IMG/VR virus record: IMGVR_UViG_3300037327_000208
Span: 1 to 59,313 of that record
Length of the DNA: 59,313 nt
Source of the DNA: a virus
Lineage: Duplodnaviria > Caudoviricetes
Direction: 5' to 3' (one strand)
The translations under genes and the position numbers were made by a program. The first letter of the stretch is position 1. Each line of letters starts with the position of its first letter. Of the stretch, positions 37,063-47,517 are shown one piece after another. Below the pieces are notes generated by a model that saw only the letters and a list, made by a program, of their open reading frames with translations, was not told where the DNA came from and did no database searches.

Positions 37063-37072
37063 CGTCGCCAAA
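37063..37072 (+). other. Putative cos cleavage site (3' cohesive end)
   Basis: CGTCGCCAAA between HNH and terS, one mismatch from the HK97 cohesive end CGCCGCCAAA as recalled. Confidence 0.55.
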
Positions 37073-37118
37073 GGTTTTCTTACACCTCCGCAAGTTATAA
37101 ACTTTTTTAGGAACACCA

Positions 37119-37589
37119 ATGCCAACACCTAAGCCGACCCCTACAGTGTTAAAACTGATAAAAGGGAACCCTGGCAAGCGTGCGTTAAACAAACACGAAC
37201 CTAAGCCGCAGAGAGGCATACCAAAATGCCCAGCACACTTAGACGCTAAAGCAAAAACGGCATGGAAAAATCTTTGCCATTCATTAGATAAAATGGGCGT
37301 ATTAACTCTCGCGGATAGTTACGCGTTAGAAATACTTTGTAGTATTTACGCACGCATTAGAGATCTACAGAAAGCAATCAGGGTTCACGGTGGAACCACT
37401 TATGTAACAGTGAATAACACAGGCGATGAGATGCACAAATCGCGCCCAGAAGTTTCACAACTTGAGAAAGCTGAAAGTTTGTTTCGGGGTTACATAACGG
37501 AATTTGGACTAACACCAAGCGCCAGGACAAAAGTTGAAACCACAGACAAGCAAGACAAGGATGATCCTCTCGCTAAATACGGCCTTTAA
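37119..37589 (+). CDS. terS: Terminase small subunit, P27 family
   Basis: PTPT.LKLIKGNPGKRALN..EP, EFGLTPSAR. Confidence 0.95.
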   Translation: MPTPKPTPTVLKLIKGNPGKRALNKHEPKPQRGIPKCPAHLDAKAKTAWKNLCHSLDKMGVLTLADSYALEILCSIYARIRDLQKAIRVHGGTTYVTVNNTGDEMHKSRPEVSQLEKAESLFRGYITEFGLTPSARTKVETTDKQDKDDPLAKYGL

Positions 37590-39229
37590 TGGCAACCCTT
37601 ACATCGTCGGTACAATTTGCGGTTGATGTATTGTCAGGTGACGTTGTTTCATGCAAACAAGTTAAGCAATCTTGCCAAAGATTTATTGATGATCTTGATG
37701 CTGGTGTTTGGATATTTGATCAAGCCAAAGCCACAAGGATTTTAGAGTTCTATCCTGATTTTATCCGGCATGTAAAAGGGAAGTTGGCCGGACAACCATA
37801 CGAATTATCAGATTGGGAAGGTTTCATTCTGATAAACCTCTTTGGGTTTGTTGATAAGCATGGATTGAGAAGGTTTAGAACCGCTTATATTGAAGTGGCG
37901 CGTAAAAATTCAAAGAGTACATTTTGTTCTGGTATCGGTTTATATATGACCGCACTAGATAACGAAGGCGGGGCGGAAGTTTACAGCGCCGCGACAACGA
38001 AAGACCAAGCAAGAATAGTGTTTGGTGATGCCAGAACAATGATCACTAAGTCAGGGCCGTTAAAGCGCTTGTTTGGTTATCACAGATTAAATATTCATCA
38101 CTTAAAATCAGCTAGTAAGTTTGAGCCGCTCAGTGCAGATGCCAACACACTTGATGGATTGAACATTCATTGCGGCATAGTGGATGAAATCCATGCACAC
38201 AAAAGCCGTGAAGTATGGGACGTGCTAGAAACAGGAACAGGCGCAAGAGAACAACCACTAATACTTGCCATCACTACTGCAGGCTTTAATAAGCAGGGTA
38301 TCGGGTATGAGCAAAGAGAATATATTACAAAAGTGTTATCTGGCATCGTTTCTGATGATACTTACTTTGGTATTATTTTTACACTTGATGAAGGCGATGA
38401 TCCTTTTGACGAGGAAAATTGGATCAAGGCAAACCCAAACCTCGGGCGCTCCAAAAAAATAGATGATATGCGCCGCCTCGCAAAGAAAGCGAGAGAGATA
38501 CCGGCGGCACTTAATAACTTTCTAACTAAACATTTAAACATCTGGGTCAATGCTGCAGTTGCATGGCTTGATATGCTCAAGTGGGAAAAGCTACCAGAAC
38601 GCGCAGACATTGAGCATTTAAAAACATTACCTTGTTATATTGGTATGGACCTAGCAAACAAGTTAGATGTTGCGGCAGTAGTGGCCGCATTTCCAGACGG
38701 TGAAAATATACACTTCCTTTGTAAATTCTATTTGCCAGAAAACACGATTTACACCAAGGCGCGAACCATTGGCAACATGTACGACACTTGGAGCAAACAA
38801 GGTTACTTGACTCTGACTGACGGTGACATTATTGATCACGAAGTAATCGAGGCTGACATCAGACAGATGCTTACAGACTTTGACGTAAGGGCGGTAGGTT
38901 TCGATCCTTGGGGTTCAACTCAAATGTCAATTAGATTGTCACAAGATGGCGCACCAATGGTTGAAATACCCCAAACTGTTAAAAACTTATCTGAATCGAT
39001 GAAAGAAATAGAAGCCAAAGTTATCAGCGGCACTTTGCACAAAGATAAAAACCCAATGATGGATTGGATGGCCTCAAACATCGTTGTGAAACTGGATAAA
39101 AACGAAAACTATTTTCCTAACAAAGAGCATCACGACAACAAAATAGACGGGATGGTTGCGTTATTTATGGCTATGAATCGAATACTCACCCAAACAATTA
39201 AAATTGAACCGAGCATTAGAAGATTATGA
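37589..39229 (+). CDS. terL: Terminase large subunit
   Basis: VARKNSKS, VDEIHAH, ITTAG, KANPNLG, GMDLA, KIDGMVA. Confidence 0.96.
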   Translation: MATLTSSVQFAVDVLSGDVVSCKQVKQSCQRFIDDLDAGVWIFDQAKATRILEFYPDFIRHVKGKLAGQPYELSDWEGFILINLFGFVDKHGLRRFRTAYIEVARKNSKSTFCSGIGLYMTALDNEGGAEVYSAATTKDQARIVFGDARTMITKSGPLKRLFGYHRLNIHHLKSASKFEPLSADANTLDGLNIHCGIVDEIHAHKSREVWDVLETGTGAREQPLILAITTAGFNKQGIGYEQREYITKVLSGIVSDDTYFGIIFTLDEGDDPFDEENWIKANPNLGRSKKIDDMRRLAKKAREIPAALNNFLTKHLNIWVNAAVAWLDMLKWEKLPERADIEHLKTLPCYIGMDLANKLDVAAVVAAFPDGENIHFLCKFYLPENTIYTKARTIGNMYDTWSKQGYLTLTDGDIIDHEVIEADIRQMLTDFDVRAVGFDPWGSTQMSIRLSQDGAPMVEIPQTVKNLSESMKEIEAKVISGTLHKDKNPMMDWMASNIVVKLDKNENYFPNKEHHDNKIDGMVALFMAMNRILTQTIKIEPSIRRL

Positions 39230-40443
39230 ATTTAATTAGATCGCTCTTTGGGCGAAAGAATGCGGATTTAATAGATACACCTGAAAAATTAGCAGGCGTT
39301 CTAGGTAATTGGTATGACAGTGACGCAGGCGTATCTATTACACCCGCCAATGCACTACAAATCACCACCGTATATCAATGCGTTAAAGTTATAGCTGAAT
39401 CTGTTGGAATGCTGCCATTATCAGTAATGGTCGAGACTCAGGCAGGCAAAGAGAAAGCATTTAAACATCCAGCTCATAGATTGCTTTCAATAGCGCCAAA
39501 CGACTACCAGACAGCACAAGAGTGGAAAGAAATGGTAGCTGCTCACCTATGTTTGAGAGGTAATCATTACAGTTACATCAACCGGGTTAATGGTAAAGTT
39601 TTAGAATTGCTACCGCTAAACCCCACTTGTGTTGTCCCTAAACTTAATAATGATTATACAGTCGAGTACAGAGTAACGTTCGCTAACGGCAAGACCGAAG
39701 TATTGACACAATCTGACGTGCTGCATATCAAACAATTTTCTATCGACGGCGTTAACGGCGTATGCCCAATTTCACAGGCTAGACATTCACTAGGTTTAGC
39801 CAGAGCCACCGAACAACATGGTTCATCGTTATTCAAGAACGGCTCGAATCCTTTTGGTGGTTTCAAAACGAATGAGAAACTAACTGACGAGCAATACAAG
39901 CGATTAAAAGATTCTGTTTCAGATTATCAAGGTTCTTCCAATTCATTCAAACCTTTAATTTTAGAAGGTGGGCTTGATTGGGTACAAGTATCAATAACAC
40001 CAGAGAGCGCGCAGTTTTTAGAAACTAGAAAATATCAGCGCTCAGAAATAGCGGGTGTTTTTAGAGTGCCACCACATATGATTGGTGACTTAGAGAAAGC
40101 AACGTTCTCAAACATTGAAAGCCAAGGCTTAGAATTTGTCACTCATTCACTTATGCCGTATTTAACACGCATTGAAAACCGCGTGAGGCTCTCATTATTC
40201 AACGATAAAGATCAGTTAACACACTTTGCAAAGTTCAATGTAAACGCTCTACTGCGTGGTGATATGAAAGCCAGAGCTGAGTTTTATACAAAGATGCTGC
40301 AAAACGGCGCGATGTCACCGAATGAAATTAGAGAAAAAGAGGATATGAACCCAAGAGAGGGCGGCGATATTTTCTTAACCCCATTAAACATGGCTATAAA
40401 CGGCAAGCCATTAGGAGAAAGCACAGATGATAACGAAGCATAA
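39226..40443 (+). CDS. Portal protein, HK97 family
   Basis: VY.CV..IA..VG.LPL, QFLETRKYQ..EIA..FRVPPHMIGDLEKATFSNIE, PNE.RE.ED. Confidence 0.96.
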   Translation: MNLIRSLFGRKNADLIDTPEKLAGVLGNWYDSDAGVSITPANALQITTVYQCVKVIAESVGMLPLSVMVETQAGKEKAFKHPAHRLLSIAPNDYQTAQEWKEMVAAHLCLRGNHYSYINRVNGKVLELLPLNPTCVVPKLNNDYTVEYRVTFANGKTEVLTQSDVLHIKQFSIDGVNGVCPISQARHSLGLARATEQHGSSLFKNGSNPFGGFKTNEKLTDEQYKRLKDSVSDYQGSSNSFKPLILEGGLDWVQVSITPESAQFLETRKYQRSEIAGVFRVPPHMIGDLEKATFSNIESQGLEFVTHSLMPYLTRIENRVRLSLFNDKDQLTHFAKFNVNALLRGDMKARAEFYTKMLQNGAMSPNEIREKEDMNPREGGDIFLTPLNMAINGKPLGESTDDNEA

Positions 40444-41071
40444 ATTACAAACAAATTTCAAAGTTAAGTCTGTTTCTGACAATGGCGAGTTTGAGGGCTA
40501 TGGATCAGTATTTGGCGTTAAAGACTCATACAGCGACATAGTAGTAAAGGGAGCTTTTCAAAAGTCACTTGATAAATGGAAAGAGAAAGGTTCTCTGCCT
40601 GCTTTGCTTTGGATGCACAAGATGGATGAACCAATCGGAATTTACACAGAAATGAGCGAGGACGAGAACGGGCTTTTGTTGAAAGGCCGTCTGCTTATTG
40701 ATGATGATCCATTAGCCAAACGCGCACATGCACACATGAAGGCCGGATCACTTACTGGTTTATCAATTGGTTACTCTCTCAATGATTATGATTACGACAG
40801 CGAAAAAGACGCATTTATATTAAAAGATATCGATTTGTGGGAAGTGTCAGTGGTTACATTTCCTGCAAATGAATTAGCAAGAATTTCGGACGTTAAAACA
40901 ACCCTTAAAACGGGTGAAATTCCTAAGCCTTCCTTGGTCGAGGGATGCCTGCGCGATGTAGGTTTTACACGTTCACAATCAAAAGCTTTCATGGCTAATG
41001 GTTTTAAGGCTCTGCGTGATGCAGAAGGCGACACAGAAAAGGCTTTGATGGCCTTAAAAAACATTATCTGA
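40427..41071 (+). CDS. Prohead protease, HK97 family
   Basis: GEFEGYGSVFGVKDSY.D, LLWMH, GLSIGY, LWEVSVVTFPAN. Confidence 0.96.
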   Translation: MITKHKLQTNFKVKSVSDNGEFEGYGSVFGVKDSYSDIVVKGAFQKSLDKWKEKGSLPALLWMHKMDEPIGIYTEMSEDENGLLLKGRLLIDDDPLAKRAHAHMKAGSLTGLSIGYSLNDYDYDSEKDAFILKDIDLWEVSVVTFPANELARISDVKTTLKTGEIPKPSLVEGCLRDVGFTRSQSKAFMANGFKALRDAEGDTEKALMALKNII

Positions 41072-41094
41072 AGCACAACTTAAACACTAATCAT

Positions 41095-41115
41095 GCCGCT
41101 TAATTGCGGTTTTTT
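41095..41115 (+). terminator. Hairpin/terminator family copy 3, before the capsid gene
   Basis: GCCGCTTAATTGCGGTTTTTT. Confidence 0.75.
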
Positions 41116-41136
41116 GCATTTTACAGGAATTTAAAA

Positions 41137-42327
41137 ATGGCTATTGAATTACAAGACATTGAACAGGTTGCTAAAGAACTTGGCGCTAAATTTGACGAGT
41201 TCAAAACAACCAACGATAAGCGCGTTGATGGTATCGAAGCTGAAAAATCAGCCTTAGCGGGTAAAGTTGAATCTCTTAATGAAAAATTGTCCGAGCTTGA
41301 AGCGGTCAAGAAAGATTTAGAGACGTTGCAGAAGCAACAAAACCGCCCTGGCTCAACTAGCAAAGAGCAAGACGAATACAAGAAAGGTTTCTTAGCGTTT
41401 ATGCGTAAAGGTGACTCGAGCCAAATTGATACTAAGTCTATCAATACCGGCTCTGGATCAGAAGGTGGCTTTGCTGTACCGGAAGAACTAGATCGCACCA
41501 TCTTGGAATTAGAGCGTGACATGTCACCAATGCGCCAAGTATGTAGTCAAATCACAGTATCAACACCAGACTACAAGAAGCTTGTAAATCTTGGTGGTGC
41601 TGCATCTGGTTGGGTAGGTGAAGAAGCGGCAAGACCTGCGACTGGCACTCCTACTTTGGCGCAAATTGTTGCGTTTATGGGTGAAATTTACGCTAACCCT
41701 GCTGCTACACAAACCTCGCTTGATGATATTTTCTTTAATACTGAAGCGTGGATTGCTGGCGAAGTCGCCCAAGAATTTGCAGAGCAAGAAGGTTCAGCAT
41801 TCTTATTGGGTAACGGCACCAATAAGCCTAAGGGAATTTTAGCTTATGCGTTATCAGCTCAAGCAGATGCCGCAAGAACGTTTGGCCAATTGCAAAAAAT
41901 AACAACTGGTGGTGTTAGCTCGGTAACGGGTGACGAATTGATTACGTTGATCCACTCACTAAAGAAAGCCTACAGAACGGGCGCATCTTTTATGATGAAC
42001 AACATATCAGTTTCAAAAGTTCGTATGCTTAAAGATAATGAAGGAAACTATTTATGGCGTGCAGGTATCGAAGCTGGTGTTCCGTCAACTTTGCTAGGCT
42101 ATGGCATTTCTGAAAACGAAGATATGGCAGACTTAGCCGCCAATGCTAACGGTATTATGTTTGGTAACTTTAGCCGAGGCTATACTATTGTTGATCGTAC
42201 AGGAACCCGCATATTGCGCGACCCTTACACTAGCAAGCCTAACGTTCAGTTTTATACTACTCGTAGAACTGGCGGCATGTTGACAGACAGCAATGCTATT
42301 AAAGTGCTAACACAAGCAGCATCTTAA
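41137..42327 (+). CDS. Major capsid protein, HK97 fold
   Basis: Coiled-coil delta domain, GGFAVPEE, WVGE, GNGTNKPKGIL, KD.EGNYLW, RDPYT.KP. Confidence 0.96.
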   Translation: MAIELQDIEQVAKELGAKFDEFKTTNDKRVDGIEAEKSALAGKVESLNEKLSELEAVKKDLETLQKQQNRPGSTSKEQDEYKKGFLAFMRKGDSSQIDTKSINTGSGSEGGFAVPEELDRTILELERDMSPMRQVCSQITVSTPDYKKLVNLGGAASGWVGEEAARPATGTPTLAQIVAFMGEIYANPAATQTSLDDIFFNTEAWIAGEVAQEFAEQEGSAFLLGNGTNKPKGILAYALSAQADAARTFGQLQKITTGGVSSVTGDELITLIHSLKKAYRTGASFMMNNISVSKVRMLKDNEGNYLWRAGIEAGVPSTLLGYGISENEDMADLAANANGIMFGNFSRGYTIVDRTGTRILRDPYTSKPNVQFYTTRRTGGMLTDSNAIKVLTQAAS

Positions 42328-42368
42328 TATAAAATAGGAGAGGGGCTTAACGGCCCTTTTTTATCATT

Positions 42369-42551
42369 ATGAAAGCAATTAAGAATTTCAATTATTACGT
42401 TGATGGCAATCAATCAACTTTAATAAATGTAGGCGACGAAGTGCCAGAAGTCGCGGTTAAGTTCGCACTAAACAACGGGTTTTTGGATAAATCATCCTCA
42501 CCACCTCTGAATAAATCAAAAAGTGCAGCCCCAAGGAATAAGACAAAGTGA
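42369..42551 (+). CDS. Small head-associated hypothetical protein
   Basis: 60 aa ending AAPRNKTK, typical gene following HK97-type capsid genes. Confidence 0.7.
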   Translation: MKAIKNFNYYVDGNQSTLINVGDEVPEVAVKFALNNGFLDKSSSPPLNKSKSAAPRNKTK

Positions 42552-42898
42552 TCACAGTCGCGGAGTGCAAAGAGCAATGCAGTATAGAATTAGATGTTGT
42601 TGACTTTGACGCTTTGTTTACTCGCACTATTCCAGTTGTAGTGGCGGTGGTTAAAAATGCGATTAATAGACCGTTGTATCAGTCTCAGGATTCACTTGCA
42701 GCAGCGGTTGATGCGTTGGATGTTGGCGACACGTCACTAAATAAGGCAATTGTTGTGACTGAGGATTTACGCCACGCTATGCTTATGTTGATAGCTCATT
42801 TGTTTGAAAACAGAGAGGCGACATCAACTATGACGGTTAAATCTGTACCAATGGCGTTCGACTACCTCGTTGGGCCTTATAGGTGCATCAACATATGA
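42548..42898 (+). CDS. Head-tail connector (gp6-like)
   Basis: AMLMLIAHLFENREA...VP.....L.GPYR. Confidence 0.92.
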   Translation: MITVAECKEQCSIELDVVDFDALFTRTIPVVVAVVKNAINRPLYQSQDSLAAAVDALDVGDTSLNKAIVVTEDLRHAMLMLIAHLFENREATSTMTVKSVPMAFDYLVGPYRCINI

Positions 42899-43215
42899 TA
42901 CGCGCTGGAAAGCTTCGTCAATTACTGAAATTCAAAGTTAAATCAGAAACTAAAAACGACTTTGGTGAAACAATAGAGGTTTTAAATACTTCTTTTACGA
43001 GTAAAGCCGAGGTTTTAGAATCTCGCTCAAGTAACAGTATTGTATCAGATGGTACAGAACTGCAAAAAACTACGTCGTTTGGTCTGCGGTTTAACAGCAA
43101 AATAGTAGAAACATTATTCATTGAATACAAGAACGATATATACGAAATACAAACCGTTGAAAATGTTAACGGTTTAGATCGTGAATTAATAATTGACGCC
43201 ATCAAATATGTATAA
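42895..43215 (+). CDS. Head closure / head-tail joining protein
   Basis: MIRAGKLR......DFGE, IEYK..IYEI..V.N. Confidence 0.85.
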   Translation: MIRAGKLRQLLKFKVKSETKNDFGETIEVLNTSFTSKAEVLESRSSNSIVSDGTELQKTTSFGLRFNSKIVETLFIEYKNDIYEIQTVENVNGLDRELIIDAIKYV

Positions 43216-43732
43216 AACTGACGGATTAAACGGTTTAGAGAAAGCATTAGCTCAGTTGGGCAAGCAAGCAGGATTTGCAGCGCTCACGGGAGCATTGAGG
43301 GACGCATCAAGGCCAATCATTAAGTCAACACGCGCAGCAGCACCAAGAAAGACAGGCAACCTTAGACGGGGGATTATTGCAGAGGTTTTTAAGGGTAAAG
43401 GCAAGCGTGAAAATGTGGCAACCCTACACATAGGGTTTAGTATAAAACGTAAAAACTCAGCGTTTTACGGCAGTTTTTTAGAAAAAGGTGTTAAGTCTCA
43501 TAGGATCCCTGGCAGCAAGTCGGGACGAGGCAGGAACAAGCGAGATAACAAAGCAAAGGTATCATTTGGGGGTAAGGTTTATTCAAACGTTATGCACCCA
43601 GGTATCAGGGCAAAACCAATGTTATTGCCAGGCTTTGAAGCTGGTTATAAGCAATCAATCCCAATTTTTGTAAAGCGTTTACGCGAGCGCATAATTTTAC
43701 AGGCTATAAAGAAATATGGAAAAGGCTCTTAA
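43208..43732 (+). CDS. HK97 gp10-like neck protein
   Basis: GL..LE.AL..L, AP..TGNLR, FY..FLEKG, HPG.RAKP.L.P. Confidence 0.88.
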   Translation: MYKTDGLNGLEKALAQLGKQAGFAALTGALRDASRPIIKSTRAAAPRKTGNLRRGIIAEVFKGKGKRENVATLHIGFSIKRKNSAFYGSFLEKGVKSHRIPGSKSGRGRNKRDNKAKVSFGGKVYSNVMHPGIRAKPMLLPGFEAGYKQSIPIFVKRLRERIILQAIKKYGKGS

Positions 43733-44093
43733 TTCTATTTTATCTAATGACGAGCATATAAGTTCTCTTGTCAGCGGCAGAATATCGATAATGAAGCGTG
43801 ATGAATCTTTCCCTGCGATTACGTTTGAAAAGACGGGGCGAACACAAGAAAGAGATACAACAGGCCGACCAATTGGTGTTATTCAAAGTTCCATGCAGAT
43901 TATATCGATTGCCAAAACGTATAAAGAAGCTAAAACAATATCAGATTTGATAGCAGCAAAGCTTGAAGGTTTGAACGGCAACAACTTTGGTATAAAAATA
44001 TTACTAACGGTTCAAAATGATGAATCATCAAATCAGCTTTTAGAGCCTGATATAACAGAAATAACGTTAGATTATACGTTTTACCACAACTAA
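43716..44093 (+). CDS. Tail terminator/completion protein (DUF3168-like)
   Basis: ME.AL..IL.....I..LV.GRI, FPAITF, QI...A.TY.EA; position before the tail tube. Confidence 0.8.
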   Translation: MEKALNSILSNDEHISSLVSGRISIMKRDESFPAITFEKTGRTQERDTTGRPIGVIQSSMQIISIAKTYKEAKTISDLIAAKLEGLNGNNFGIKILLTVQNDESSNQLLEPDITEITLDYTFYHN

Positions 44094-44118
44094 ACCCGAT
44101 TAAATAAACCACTAAATA

Positions 44119-44139
44119 GCCGCTTAGTTGCGGTTTTTT
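44119..44139 (+). terminator. Hairpin/terminator family copy 4, before the tail tube gene
   Basis: GCCGCTTAGTTGCGGTTTTTT. Confidence 0.75.
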
Positions 44140-44160
44140 GCACTTTATAGGATAAAAAAA

Positions 44161-44580
44161 ATGGCTACAACAATTATAGCAGGCTCCAAACTTGAATTTT
44201 CCATTGACTCAGGCAGCACATACATTGAAATCATAGGCATTCAAGAAATGCCAGAGTTCAAAGAAGAATCAGGTGAGCGTGAAACGACAACTGTACGCGA
44301 CACGATCAAAAAATTCGAGCCAGAAATGGATTCACCTACTGAACAAGCTTTGACTGCATTCTATGAAAAGACAGATGCAGACCAATTAACTTTCAGAACA
44401 CTAGCAAGAGCAAAAGGGTCGTGCCAAATAAAAGTCACATATGCAGACGGTGATTCGCTTGAGATGCCCGTATCCCTAAAAAATTACGGTATATCAAGTG
44501 GAGATGCACCTAGCACTAAAATGTGGAGTTGTGTTATCCGAAGAACTGGCCCTATTGATTTCACAGAAACGACTAGCTAA
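44161..44580 (+). CDS. Major tail (tube) protein
   Basis: AGGA RBS; beta-rich 139 aa; position before chaperones and tape measure. Confidence 0.8.
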   Translation: MATTIIAGSKLEFSIDSGSTYIEIIGIQEMPEFKEESGERETTTVRDTIKKFEPEMDSPTEQALTAFYEKTDADQLTFRTLARAKGSCQIKVTYADGDSLEMPVSLKNYGISSGDAPSTKMWSCVIRRTGPIDFTETTS

Positions 44581-44924
44581 TGGATTTTCTAAACAAATTA
44601 CAGGCTAAACGAAACGAAGTTAAAACAATTATGGTTAAGCTTGATGATTTGGGTGTGGAGGTGGAAATTATTCCACCTTTCTTATCTCAGCGTATCGCGT
44701 TGATCCAGAATGAGAGTGCCACTGATAAGAAAAATTATTCTTTTTTGGTTGTAGCGAATTGCTTGTCTGAAAACGGTGTCAGACAAATTGATATTCTCGG
44801 TTACGAAGAAATTGCGCAAGGCTTAGACGTATTGACAGAAACCGACTTGCTAAAGCTTTTTTTAGAGTGCGAAAAAATATCGAAAACAACGATAAAAGAC
44901 GTTGAGGACGCGAAAAAAAACTAA
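44580..44924 (+). CDS. Tail assembly chaperone (gpG-like)
   Basis: Ends VEDAKKN over an A8 slippery run. Confidence 0.82.
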   Translation: MDFLNKLQAKRNEVKTIMVKLDDLGVEVEIIPPFLSQRIALIQNESATDKKNYSFLVVANCLSENGVRQIDILGYEEIAQGLDVLTETDLLKLFLECEKISKTTIKDVEDAKKN

Positions 44925-45091
44925 CCAGCGCTGAAGGTATGATGTTTGTGTTTCGTTTGGCGCGAGACTTAGGTAAAACGGTGGGCGAACTATCCAGCAT
45001 GACTAGCGAGGAGTTCACATACTGGATGGCCTTCTACGACTACGAGAATAAACAAGCATCTGAGCAAATTAGGAAGAATAAAAAGAAATGA
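44921..45091 (+). CDS. Tail assembly chaperone gpT-like extension reached by -1 frameshift
   Basis: -1 frame reads LTSAEGMMFVFRLARDLGKTVGELSSMTSEEFTYWMAFY...; ATGA overlap with the tape measure gene. Confidence 0.8.
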   Translation, partial: LTSAEGMMFVFRLARDLGKTVGELSSMTSEEFTYWMAFYDYENKQASEQIRKNKKK

Positions 45092-47496
45092 GCAAAACTG
45101 TATTAGCTGAACTAGTCACAAAAATGACTGTTGAATCTTCACAATTCAAAAGAGAGTTAGAAAGGACAACTGCCAAGACTACAAAATTTTCAACAAGTCA
45201 AAAGCAAGCGGCTAATGAGTCAAAGAGACTAGCCTCTAGTCAAAGAAGAACTACGGCTAGTACTGGCGCAATGTCTGGCGCATTTAGCAGAGCTGCAAAC
45301 TCAGCAGCAACATTGACTGGCCCAATGGGTGGCATATCAAGCAGACTAAGCACAGTGGCAACTGGTATGGCTACAGTTGGGATCGCTGGTGTTGCGCTTG
45401 GTGCTGGGATAGGTGCGCTGGCGTTCGGAGTCATTGCATCAGTTAGTGCCTTTTCAACACTAGAGCAAGGATTGTTAAGAACCGAGGCGTTGTTTAAGTC
45501 AACTGGCGGTGCATCCGGTAAAACAACAGAAGAACTTGAAGAATTAACCAGAAGCGTGGCTCTTTCTACATTGGCCAGTGTTGAAGGTGTTCGCCAAGCG
45601 GTCAACGTACTACAAACCTTTAAGTCTATTCAAGGTGTGACGTTCGAGAGAACAATAAAACTATCACAAGATTTGGCGGCGGTGATGGGCTCTGATATAA
45701 AATCTAGCGCCTTACAACTTGGTAAAGCTTTAGAAGATCCTATTACCGGCTTAACAGCATTAAAACGTTCTGGTGTTTCTTTTTCAGAATCACAAAAAGA
45801 AGTGATTAAGAGCCTAGTTGAAACAGGCCAAGTCGCAGCAGCCCAAACCATGATACTGAACACACTTGAAGCTCAAGTGGGTGGTGCAGGATCAGCAGAA
45901 GCTGGAGGACTAGCAGGCGCAACAGATACGCTATCTCAGCGCTGGCAAGAACTGCTTGAAAGGTTTGGTGAAACATCAGGCATAGGTGATGCAGTCACTT
46001 ACACGTTGAACCGAATTTCAGCAGGAATGAACATAGCGAACGAAGCGGCGCTTGGGGCCCAATCTAATACTGAAAAACTTTCATCATTGTTCAAAGAGTT
46101 TGGGGTAATTCAGGGCAGAATTGATAGTGGTAAAAAAGTATCTCAAGTAGCTAAAGACAGGCTTAATCAAATAAAGGCAGAGATTAAAGCTATAAATGAT
46201 AAGACTATTGCTGAGTCTGAGATATTTAAGACTGGGGCACTTGCGAGAAAAAAAGATGCTGACGAATTAGCCGCGTCATTGCTAGCAAAAAACAATGCTA
46301 CTGGTTTGAAAACGCTGTCATTGTTAGAGAGTCAGATGGCTGATGAAAACCAGCTTGTTTATTTACAGTTGGAGAAAAGATTAGCCGCAATTCAAGGACT
46401 TGTTTTATCAGAAGAAGAAATAAGAAAGCGCGGATTCGATAATATAAAGGATCTACAGGATTATAATATTGGCCTTGTCAATGAACAGGCTCAAGCAGAA
46501 TTTGAAGCGATAACCGAAAAAAACAATAAAATAATTCAAGCTGAAAAAGATAAAAACTTAGCAATTAAAGCGCTTTCATCTAAAGCGTTCACTTCTTTAC
46601 AAAACGATCTAGCCGTAGAGAATAATCCAGCAGAGTTAGCACGACAGCAAATGCAGGCAAGACTTGAGATTATACGTGAGTACTACGGACTAGAAAACGC
46701 AGAGGCAGCAAAAGCTACACAAGCGGGTATTGCAGCAGTAGAAAGTTATAAGCAAGCGATCAGTAGCAATGATTTGCTTGGGACATTATCTGATTCACTA
46801 AGTGGTTTGCAAGATCAGATAAGCGGCACGTTAGGACAGATGGCTTTAGGCATGACTGATAGCGAAGAAGCAGCCAAGGCATTAGGCAGAACAATCGTCA
46901 CTCAGTTGACAGGATCAATGATTAATTATGGTATCGAGCAAGTAATAGCCTACGCAACAGGAACCGCAGCAGCCACAGCAGCAGAAGCGGCTAAAACCCT
47001 TGCTGTAACGGGTGGAATTGCAGCGCAAACAGTAGCAGCTACCGGAGCCACCGCAGTATTAACAGGCGCAGGCGTTGCATCGGGCGCATCAATAGCGGTA
47101 GCAATGGCACCAGCAGCGGCGGCAACTTCAATTGCCACAGCAGGCGCGGCACCAGCAGTAGCGGCACCCATAGCACTTGGCACAATCGGCGCAATTATAG
47201 CGGCAATAGTTGGAAGCGTGGCAATCGCAGGCGCGAGGGAAAAGGGCGGACCAGTATCGGGCGGTAAAACTTACTTGGTCGGTGAGAAAGGGCCGGAGTT
47301 ATTTACACCTGGAGCAACAGGGCAAATTACTAGTAACGACAAAATGAACAAATTTAGCGGCAATAGCCAGCCTATACAAGCCAACATGAACATCACAATA
47401 AACGGTAACGCCAATGATGATGTTATTGCCCAATTAGACAGGCAGCGTAAAAGGTTTGGGCGAATGGTTCAGCAAGTAATTAACACACCTTACTAA
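45088..47496 (+). CDS. Tape measure protein
   Basis: Ala-rich helical 802 aa; QLGKALEDP..GLTAL.RSG; GGPV..G..YLVGE.GPELF.P. Confidence 0.93.
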   Translation: MSKTVLAELVTKMTVESSQFKRELERTTAKTTKFSTSQKQAANESKRLASSQRRTTASTGAMSGAFSRAANSAATLTGPMGGISSRLSTVATGMATVGIAGVALGAGIGALAFGVIASVSAFSTLEQGLLRTEALFKSTGGASGKTTEELEELTRSVALSTLASVEGVRQAVNVLQTFKSIQGVTFERTIKLSQDLAAVMGSDIKSSALQLGKALEDPITGLTALKRSGVSFSESQKEVIKSLVETGQVAAAQTMILNTLEAQVGGAGSAEAGGLAGATDTLSQRWQELLERFGETSGIGDAVTYTLNRISAGMNIANEAALGAQSNTEKLSSLFKEFGVIQGRIDSGKKVSQVAKDRLNQIKAEIKAINDKTIAESEIFKTGALARKKDADELAASLLAKNNATGLKTLSLLESQMADENQLVYLQLEKRLAAIQGLVLSEEEIRKRGFDNIKDLQDYNIGLVNEQAQAEFEAITEKNNKIIQAEKDKNLAIKALSSKAFTSLQNDLAVENNPAELARQQMQARLEIIREYYGLENAEAAKATQAGIAAVESYKQAISSNDLLGTLSDSLSGLQDQISGTLGQMALGMTDSEEAAKALGRTIVTQLTGSMINYGIEQVIAYATGTAAATAAEAAKTLAVTGGIAAQTVAATGATAVLTGAGVASGASIAVAMAPAAAATSIATAGAAPAVAAPIALGTIGAIIAAIVGSVAIAGAREKGGPVSGGKTYLVGEKGPELFTPGATGQITSNDKMNKFSGNSQPIQANMNITINGNANDDVIAQLDRQRKRFGRMVQQVINTPY

Positions 47497-47517
47497 GTAA
47501 GATCCAACTCAAATAAA

